Positions 44,913 to 51,729 of a stretch of 64,000 nucleotides of DNA are shown piece after piece; the first letter of the stretch is position 1; each line of letters begins with the position of its first letter. The notes under the pieces were generated by a model. That model was given only the letters and a program-made list of their open reading frames with translations, was not told the origin of the DNA and made no database searches. A program made the translations under genes and the position numbers. The stretch spans positions 1,602 to 65,601 of the forward strand of contig CALGGO010000060.1 in assembly GCA_937916085.1 (NCBI GenBank), given 5' to 3'. The stretch comes from an uncultured Prevotellaceae bacterium (GTDB lineage Bacteria; Bacteroidota; Bacteroidia; Bacteroidales; Muribaculaceae).

Positions 44913-46871
44913 CGGAATGGTGAGGCGGTTTTCGTTCATGCGGCTCATGTATTGTTGGATGATGGCTTTGAGTTCGTGTTCCATGGCGGCTTGCTCGGGG
45001 GCTTTGCCGAGGAGGTTGTCGCGGAGCATGGTGTCGGTCTTGAAGTGGTAGATGGCTATCACTTTCTCGCCGTCGAACTGCATCATCAGGTCTCCCTTGA
45101 GGTACTGGTAAATGCCGTTGTTGTAGTTCACCGCCCAAGTCTGCTCGGCGGGTGTGCTGAGCAGGTCGCAGCCGAAGGAGACGTAGGGCTTCGTGTAGCC
45201 TAGCCAGTGTAGCAGGGTGGGAGAGATGTCGGTCTGCTGCGCCAGCACATCGCTGCGCACGCCGGGTGCTATGCTGCCGTCGGGGGTGAAGAAGATGATG
45301 GGGATGGAGTACAGACCTAGATCGGTCTTGTAGAACGGATGCGTCGATTGGTTGGTATGGTCGGCGACGAGGACAAAGATGGTGTTGTTGTACCACGGCT
45401 GCTGCGAGGCACGCTCGAAGAATCGTCGCAATGCCATATCGCTGTAGCGCACGCATTTGTGGATAGGGTTGCCGCCCTCGTCGGTGAAGGTGGATTCATA
45501 TTTCTCAGGCACATTATAGGGGTGGTGGCTCGATGCCGTGAAAGTGGTGGCGAGGAATGGCTCGCGCATGGTGTTAATGTTGTCGAGGGTGAATTGCAGG
45601 AACGGCTCGTCCCATATCGCCCACTTGCCGTCGAAGTCGTCCATGCCGCCATATTTCTTGCTGGCGCAATACTCGTCGAGACCATAGTAGGTGTCGTAGC
45701 CTATGGCGTGGGCAAAAGCGCTGAACCCCATCGAGATGTTGTGTCCGCCGTGGAAGAACGCGCTGCTGTAGCCCATCTGCTTGAGATGCCACGGCAGACC
45801 GTGAACCTCGTTGAGCGACGCGGGAGTGAGGAAGAACGGCTCGACAAACATAGGGATTCCCGCCAATATCGCCGGCATGGCATCCATGCTGATGCGGCCG
45901 TTGGCAAAGCTATACTCGAAAGTGAGCGAGCGGGTGAGCAGCGAGTCGAGAAATGGCATATATCCCTTATAATCCTCGCCAATGTTACTGTGGTTCAGGC
46001 TTCCCACATATTCCTTGCCCATGCTCTCCACGATGAGAATCACCACATTCTTCTTGCCCAGACAGTTGGTGCTGTCGGTGGCTGTAGCAGGGCGGATAAT
46101 GGGTTGATACACCCGCTCCATCTCGTCACGGCTCATATAGTCGGGGGTGATATATGGCTTCTTGCCTATGCTCCTGATGAGCGAGAACGGCGTGTTGAGA
46201 ACCAGGGCAGCCTCCACAGGTCGAGAGATATACTGGTTGGCGTTGCTCACCGTGATGGGGCGTGTGCCGGCAGTGGCACTGCCGCGCACTCCGATGATGA
46301 GCAACGGAGCGGCGACGAGCAGCGACACTGCCTGAGCGGTGTAGTAGAGCCATCGGCGCTTGCCATAGACGCTGTAGTCGCTGCGCGTGAAGCATCGCCA
46401 CATCAGGAACACTATTGCCGCCATCACAAGAACTAAGTACCAGTGGCTTAGGAACTCGCCTAAGATGATTGACATGATATTCCCTTCGTTGGCAAACTCC
46501 GAGAACACCGTCACCGTGCTGCGGCGACCAGTGTATTGGAAATAGACCGCGTCGCACAGGTTGCTCGCCACCGCTAAGCCGTTGGTCACCACATATAGCC
46601 ACCGCAGTCCGCTGGTCCACTTGCGGCGTTCCTTGAGGTGCAGCGGCAGCAACTCTAGCAGCAGGTAGAGGGCATTGACATATAGCAGTGCCGAGGTGTC
46701 GAAGACCAGCGCTCCTTGCAGAAGTTGCCCCGCGCCCTTCCATGTGAGGTAGGGGCTATATACGCTCCAGTTCTCGGCAAGGAACGCCACTCGCGAGAGC
46801 ATAAACACCAAGTAGGCGAGCAGCACGTTCATCACTGCTGCTCCAGCATTGCTATGTAAGAATTTCTTCAT
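44907..46871 (-). CDS. LTA-synthase/sulfatase-family membrane protein, paralog 2
   Basis: Collinear with 24787-26793, for example WYNNTIFVLVADHTNQSTHPFYKTDLGLYSIPIIFFTPDGS versus WYSNTLFVIVADHTNQTSHAEYQTDLGLYSIPIIFFTPDGS. Start taken at MKKFLHS; the ORF is open to 46940. Confidence 0.8.
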   Translation of the reverse strand: MKKFLHSNAGAAVMNVLLAYLVFMLSRVAFLAENWSVYSPYLTWKGAGQLLQGALVFDTSALLYVNALYLLLELLPLHLKERRKWTSGLRWLYVVTNGLAVASNLCDAVYFQYTGRRSTVTVFSEFANEGNIMSIILGEFLSHWYLVLVMAAIVFLMWRCFTRSDYSVYGKRRWLYYTAQAVSLLVAAPLLIIGVRGSATAGTRPITVSNANQYISRPVEAALVLNTPFSLIRSIGKKPYITPDYMSRDEMERVYQPIIRPATATDSTNCLGKKNVVILIVESMGKEYVGSLNHSNIGEDYKGYMPFLDSLLTRSLTFEYSFANGRISMDAMPAILAGIPMFVEPFFLTPASLNEVHGLPWHLKQMGYSSAFFHGGHNISMGFSAFAHAIGYDTYYGLDEYCASKKYGGMDDFDGKWAIWDEPFLQFTLDNINTMREPFLATTFTASSHHPYNVPEKYESTFTDEGGNPIHKCVRYSDMALRRFFERASQQPWYNNTIFVLVADHTNQSTHPFYKTDLGLYSIPIIFFTPDGSIAPGVRSDVLAQQTDISPTLLHWLGYTKPYVSFGCDLLSTPAEQTWAVNYNNGIYQYLKGDLMMQFDGEKVIAIYHFKTDTMLRDNLLGKAPEQAAMEHELKAIIQQYMSRMNENRLTIPQ

Positions 46872-46879
46872 TATTTTTC

Positions 46880-46914
46880 GTTTATCGGGGATCGGGGATC
46901 GTTGTTCGTTTATC
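46880..46914. repeat. Heptamer array NNNNATC x5 just upstream of a minus-strand start codon
   Basis: gtttatc/ggggatc/ggggatc/gttgttc/gtttatc. Confidence 0.9.
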
Positions 46915-46945
46915 GAAGACAGTGAAGTGATTAATGGCAACGCAC

Positions 46946-47006
46946 TCTCTAATCGCTAATCGCGCTTTGCGCAACTAATCTCTAATCACTAATCGCGCGA
47001 AGCGCC
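46946..47006. repeat. NCTAATC heptamer words interleaved with GCGC-NNN-GCGC mini-hairpins
   Basis: tctaatc gctaatc gcgc-ttt-gcgc aactaatc tctaatc actaatc gcgc-gaa-gcgc. Confidence 0.9.
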
Positions 47007-47008
47007 CT

Positions 47009-48328
47009 CTACTCTCTACTGAAAACATCTCCTGTGCCGTTGCAGTGCTCGCATTGGTAGTAGCCGCGCCCGTTGCACTCGCTGCAGTTGACATATCCGT
47101 GTCCTTCGCAAAGCGCGCACTCCATGTAGTCATCGATACTGAAATTATACTCTTTGCCACTGCCGCTGCAGTTGCTGCAACTGGTGTGGCCTTCACCCAA
47201 ACAAGATAAACAATACTCTTTACCTGAGCCGTCGCAGTAGCTGCAACGTCCTGCCTGGATAACGGTCAATGTTCTTTCTTCGGTGCCACTACTGAGGGTG
47301 ATATTGCATTCTCGGGGATAAGGATAAATGTTTTGGTCGATGACTACGGTGAATCCCGATGTTGTCCTGTCGGTAAGGCTGCACATGTAAGGGTCATCAA
47401 TTTTGTAATAGATTGAAGACGGGTCTCCATCGGTGTCAAGTTCGATAACCACCTCATCGCCGTCATGTCCAGTTCTGATAAGATCTTGCGAGAGGCTGAA
47501 ATAGGTGGCATTGGCGCTTTGCTTGACGGTAATTTTTGCTTGCAGGTCGCCAGCCTTCAGTTTGATGATGCCCTCACGGTCTTCGTAGGAGCCCATAGGC
47601 TCGCACTTAATGGTGATTTCTCCGTCACCAGTGGTGACGTTCACCCAATCGGGATGTTTTGCCACTTCTATCTCTTTAGCGTCGGTGTCGATGATAACCG
47701 TTTTCTCGCCGCCTTTGCGTGTGAACGTCACCACCTCGTCGTCGGGACGGAGTTTTGTCACTTTGTTGTAGAAAAAGAAGTAATAGGCAGCTCCGCCCAG
47801 CACGCCCAGCAGCAATAGTGTAACTAGAGTGACGGCTAATCCCGACAGTCCTTTCTTTTGGGGCTTTTGGTAGTTTTGAGAATTGTTCGGTCTTTGTGCG
47901 GAAGGCATGGGCGTGCGGGAATATCTCTGATATTGCTGGTTTGGAACAACAAAGGCGCATCGGCAATGAGGACAGAAAGCCGAGTCGGTAGGTATCATGC
48001 TTCCGCAATCGGGGCATTGCATCAATTTGTCGGTGGCAGCCGCGTTATCAGCGACAGGCCGCTGGGGAACGGTATTCACGCTTTGCGAACTGGCGTGATT
48101 TTGAGCCGTTTCTTCGCCAGTCGTGTCGCTTGGCGATGGTGGCGGTGGCGTCAGCGACTGGTTATCAGCTTGCTGCAGCGTGAGCGGCGAATGATTATCG
48201 TTGCCCGTTGCAGTATTGGGTTCGTGACGCTCACTCTCGTAGGCATCTCGGTCTATGGGCTGCATAATGCCGCAAAAGTTGCAGAACTTGTTATTGCCTA
48301 TCTCTCGATAACACTTGATGCATTTCAT
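47009..48328 (-). CDS. Membrane protein: 2 N-terminal zinc ribbons, 1 TM helix, 2 BACON-like modules, six CxxCxGxG (DnaJ-CR-like) motifs
   Basis: 439 aa. MKCIKCYREIGNNKFCNFCG and CPDCGSMIPTDSAFCPHCR. TM helix LAVTLVTLLLLGVLGGAAYYFFF. Modules ending ...AKITVKQ and ...RTLTVIQ. CSYCDGSG, CLSCLGEG, CSNCSGSG, CALCEGHG, CSECNGRG, CEHCNGTG. Confidence 0.6.
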   Translation of the reverse strand: MKCIKCYREIGNNKFCNFCGIMQPIDRDAYESERHEPNTATGNDNHSPLTLQQADNQSLTPPPPSPSDTTGEETAQNHASSQSVNTVPQRPVADNAAATDKLMQCPDCGSMIPTDSAFCPHCRCAFVVPNQQYQRYSRTPMPSAQRPNNSQNYQKPQKKGLSGLAVTLVTLLLLGVLGGAAYYFFFYNKVTKLRPDDEVVTFTRKGGEKTVIIDTDAKEIEVAKHPDWVNVTTGDGEITIKCEPMGSYEDREGIIKLKAGDLQAKITVKQSANATYFSLSQDLIRTGHDGDEVVIELDTDGDPSSIYYKIDDPYMCSLTDRTTSGFTVVIDQNIYPYPRECNITLSSGTEERTLTVIQAGRCSYCDGSGKEYCLSCLGEGHTSCSNCSGSGKEYNFSIDDYMECALCEGHGYVNCSECNGRGYYQCEHCNGTGDVFSRE

Positions 48329-48332
48329 TTTA

Positions 48333-48420
48333 GTTTATCGGTTATTGGTTATCGTTTATGGAAGATCGGGGATCGGGCTCTTCCACTAATCACTAATCTC
48401 TAATCAGCGCGAAGCGCTCT
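48333..48420. repeat. Heptamer arrays (NNNNATC, then NCTAATC) ending in a GCGC-GAA-GCGC hairpin
   Basis: gtttatc/ggttatt/ggttatc/gtttatg/gaagatc/ggggatc/gggctct ... actaatc/actaatc/tctaatc/agcgcgaagcgct. The hairpin encodes the last codons of the gene ending at 48404. Confidence 0.9.
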
Positions 48421-49156
48421 CCCCTCCAACAGGTTGCTGGATGTGCTTGATGTCCTTCACTTGGTGGTCCTTGATGGTGACCACGGCAATGGGTTTGATG
48501 TCTCTAGCATCTATATTCTCACGGGTGGAGTGGCTGCTCTTGAAGTACCCTACTTTGTAGATGAAGGACTTGTTGCCCACTTTGAGCTTTGCGCTACATT
48601 CACCAAAACGGCCATTATTGTAGTTATGGATGCCGAATTCATAGTCGCCATCGGCGAGCTGGTTGGCACTGGGCCAAGCGATGTTCTCCACACCTCTGTC
48701 TCGCGGACTTTGCATATCCACATCGAGCTGACCGCCACAGCGTGTGCGCCTGGGAGCCCGGTATTTCTGGAAGTAGATGTGCGCTCCAGTTGGTTCCTCG
48801 GCATGAGCGTCGAGATCCACGATGTCACGGCCGTTTTCGTTCCACATGATGGTAAATCTCATAAAGGCGTCGGTGTCACCGCCTTCTTCTTCCACTGCTT
48901 CGTCGATTTCGTCGCTCACTTCCTCACTAGGTTCCTCGTGAGTGATTCTTCGCTCGATGATAGTGGTATCGTTAACGACAGTAGTGTCGTTGCCGCCTCG
49001 GTCGTAGGTTCCTGTGCAGTTATAGGGCAGCAAGATGAGCAGTGCCAGCGCAATGAGGTTGAGCAAGCCCAGCACGCCACACATCCACGCCAGTCGGCGC
49101 TTGCGTCTCTTCTCATCGGTCGTTGGTTTGACCGGTTTAGGTGTATTTTTTGTCAT
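48404..49156 (-). CDS. N-terminally membrane-anchored protein, weak resemblance to the YfaP/DUF2135 domain
   Basis: 250 aa. TM helix LAWMCGVLGLLNLIALALLILL. The VDLDAHAEEPTGAHIYFQ...CGGQLDVDM...GVENI pattern is reminiscent of DUF2135 (by memory only). Confidence 0.45.
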   Translation of the reverse strand: MTKNTPKPVKPTTDEKRRKRRLAWMCGVLGLLNLIALALLILLPYNCTGTYDRGGNDTTVVNDTTIIERRITHEEPSEEVSDEIDEAVEEEGGDTDAFMRFTIMWNENGRDIVDLDAHAEEPTGAHIYFQKYRAPRRTRCGGQLDVDMQSPRDRGVENIAWPSANQLADGDYEFGIHNYNNGRFGECSAKLKVGNKSFIYKVGYFKSSHSTRENIDARDIKPIAVVTIKDHQVKDIKHIQQPVGGESASR

Positions 49157-49215
49157 ATTTGTTTATTGTTTAATTTCTTGATATTTTAGAAGTTCTAGCA
49201 AAAGAGGAATGATCT

Positions 49216-50178
49216 TTATCTCTCATCTCTCACCTCTTCCCTCTCTCCTCTCTCTTGAAAATAGGGCTGAGCCTCAACAGTTTTATTGTTTTTGCTGCTT
49301 TGTTTGCTAGAAATTGTCTCTAAGTTGATGCCTGGGTTTTCGTTGTTTACGGTTGCCGTGTCGGTGACCTCGGTGGCAGGGGTTTGTTCAGTCGTCTCGT
49401 TGCCGCCTTTGTCCTTGACCACCATCAAAGTGACAACACTAGCAATTGCCGCGCCAAGTAGGAAGGAAAGAATAGGTATGAGCCACTTGAGATGTGTAGC
49501 GTGAGAGGTGGAAGATGGAACGTGAGTGGTGGATTGCGAAAGGTGTGAGGAGGAACGTGAGATAGGTGAAGTAATCTGTTCCACGCCTGGCACCTCATTG
49601 TTGCACCAAAACTTGTTGATGAGAAACACTTCGCCATACTGCTCCTGCACCGATTGCTCTGGATACTGGAAGATGTCGTAGAGTTCCTCGTTGGAGCCAT
49701 ACACGCGGAATGCCTGCTGGCTGAGGTTCTGCACTGGTGTAATGACTGGTGTAGCAACGTTGAGGGTAGGCATCTGGCAGGCGACAAGGCAGTGTTCTAC
49801 CGCAGTGGCAGTGATGTTGTCGGTGTCGAGGACGTTAGTCTTGAGCTGATTGAGGAGGTCGAAAATCGCCTTGCCGTCAATGACTGAGTCATATTGTGCG
49901 CCTATCATCACCGTGATGGCTACATATCCTTGTCGCGCGTCACGCTCATAGCGTGTGAGCAAGGAATAGTAGGTGCCGTTGGCGTCGCAGTGAATCTTGT
50001 AGCCATATTTCGCCATGGGGAACAGAGTCCTGATGGCTCGCGGGTCGGTAATGGGGTTGAGCCACTGCAGCGACGAGGTGTCCATGGGGTTGAAAGGCTC
50101 GGGATAAGTGAGCTTGTGTATGGTGTCGTCGTTAAACTGTCCGTAGAAGTCGATTTTGAGATAGTTGTAGTTTGACAT
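49216..50178 (-). CDS. Hypothetical protein with a C-terminal TM helix
   Basis: 320 aa. TM helix WLIPILSFLLGAAIASVVTLMVV near the C-terminus, then a Ser/Thr-rich segment and a charged tail. No family recognised. Confidence 0.5.
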   Translation of the reverse strand: MSNYNYLKIDFYGQFNDDTIHKLTYPEPFNPMDTSSLQWLNPITDPRAIRTLFPMAKYGYKIHCDANGTYYSLLTRYERDARQGYVAITVMIGAQYDSVIDGKAIFDLLNQLKTNVLDTDNITATAVEHCLVACQMPTLNVATPVITPVQNLSQQAFRVYGSNEELYDIFQYPEQSVQEQYGEVFLINKFWCNNEVPGVEQITSPISRSSSHLSQSTTHVPSSTSHATHLKWLIPILSFLLGAAIASVVTLMVVKDKGGNETTEQTPATEVTDTATVNNENPGINLETISSKQSSKNNKTVEAQPYFQERGEREEVRDER

Positions 50179-50225
50179 AGTTATCTGTTATCAGTTGCCA
50201 GTTCTAAGATTGAGCATTAATCAAG

Positions 50226-51638
50226 TTACATTCTCAAAAAAATATTCTTTTTCAAGCTAGGCGTTTTGGCGAGTAGCACGTCAACCACGTCATCGATGAA
50301 ACTGTCGTCGTAGCAGCAAATCTTGCCGGCAAATACCTCGCCTATGGAGAATGGGATGATTTTGAAGTCTTTGATGCCAGCGTCGTCGCACGCCCATTGC
50401 AGGTTGTTGTAGAATGAAGACAGGTTGTTCTTCACAAATTGCTCGGCATTGTCAACGATCAACTCGTCGGGGCATTGCATCTTGTCGCACTTAGTGACAA
50501 GGATATACACGCCAGTGGAGTTTTTCAGAATCTTGTTTTCCTTGATGTAGAGCGAGCAGGCATGCAGATAGTCGCGCATATATAGCCCCTCCCATTGAGT
50601 GGCCTCGCCGCCATATTCCACCACAAAGAAGTGGATTTTGGGGTTGCTGTTGTCGGCGAGGAACTTCATCACGTGGGCGAGAGTCTCCTTGTGCTCCTGG
50701 TCGAGGAACATGTCGTTCATGTCGTAGTATATGGAACGGAAAATCTCGCCGGCGATATCGATGAAGGTGGCGCGGTGCAGCTTGTTCTTCGCGTCGGTGA
50801 TGGTGAAGATCATCTCCTGTATCACATTGACGATGGTGCTTGGTGGCAGGCTGCAATACTTGTGGTGGGCGTCAAACACGTTGCGCAACTGCGTCATGTA
50901 GTGATAGCCCTGGCACTTTTGTGGCTCAAGGTTGTAGTTGTTCATCGCCCCACACAATATTGAGCCTATAGCGCAGGTTTTTCCCGATGACGGCGTACCC
51001 CAGAAATATACCTCGGTAGAGTCTTGAGTCAAAGCCTCAGGGACTTTAGGGTTGGGCTGGATATCCCGCTCAACAAAGTCCTTGATGGCCTGGGCGCGCT
51101 CAGAGCCGTAGGCCATCGTAACATCATTCCATGTGATGATATTGCCGGCGACAGCTTTCTGTATCTCGTCGGCATTCTTGAGGTCGCTGCTCATGTCGGC
51201 GATAAACGCGTCGGGACCTTCAATCATCTCTTGGCACTCATTGATGTGCGCTCCACCTAGTGGCTCATAAAACTCAAGATATTGCTTTAGCAAGGATTTT
51301 GAGCCGCTGTGCAGGATATTTTTCCAAAGGTGCTCTTCACCCGAGACGAGTGCCTGTCGGCAGGGCTCGGCAAAGGCTCCGTCGGGATAGGTTTTGAGAT
51401 ACCTGAAAAAGTCGGCGGCATTTCCTGTTTGGCATGCTTTGGACCACAGCTGGTTCTCGTTGTCTTTGAGTTCTTGCTCAATGACATCGAGTCTTTGCTC
51501 AATTACCTTGAGTTTCTCGGGCGCTAGTTGTATGCGCCTCAACTCATCGAGGGTGATGATGCCTCGCTGAATCGACGTGATGAGACTCGACACTGGCACG
51601 CCATGAGCTATTCCTAATACTTGTTCTTTAGTGGGCAT
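50226..51638 (-). CDS. Predicted GTPase (TRAFAC-like G1/G3/G4 motifs) with a helical N-terminal domain
   Basis: 470 aa. G1 GTPSSGKT (nt 50976-50999), G3 FIDIAGE, G4 LVTKCDK. Confidence 0.6.
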   Translation of the reverse strand: MPTKEQVLGIAHGVPVSSLITSIQRGIITLDELRRIQLAPEKLKVIEQRLDVIEQELKDNENQLWSKACQTGNAADFFRYLKTYPDGAFAEPCRQALVSGEEHLWKNILHSGSKSLLKQYLEFYEPLGGAHINECQEMIEGPDAFIADMSSDLKNADEIQKAVAGNIITWNDVTMAYGSERAQAIKDFVERDIQPNPKVPEALTQDSTEVYFWGTPSSGKTCAIGSILCGAMNNYNLEPQKCQGYHYMTQLRNVFDAHHKYCSLPPSTIVNVIQEMIFTITDAKNKLHRATFIDIAGEIFRSIYYDMNDMFLDQEHKETLAHVMKFLADNSNPKIHFFVVEYGGEATQWEGLYMRDYLHACSLYIKENKILKNSTGVYILVTKCDKMQCPDELIVDNAEQFVKNNLSSFYNNLQWACDDAGIKDFKIIPFSIGEVFAGKICCYDDSFIDDVVDVLLAKTPSLKKNIFLRM

Positions 51639-51665
51639 TATTTTGTGTTGTCATTTTTATGGGCT

Positions 51666-51702
51666 AACAAGCTGACGCTTGTACTACAATAACACTACAG
51701 AT
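51666..51702. repeat. 36-nt intergenic element with a CAAGC-TGAC-GCTTG hairpin (copy 2 of 2)
   Basis: aacaagctgacgcttgtactacaataacactacagat. Compare 15868-15903. Confidence 0.8.
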
Positions 51703-51729
51703 GCTTGTTGAGGCTCTGTTTTCAGTTGA

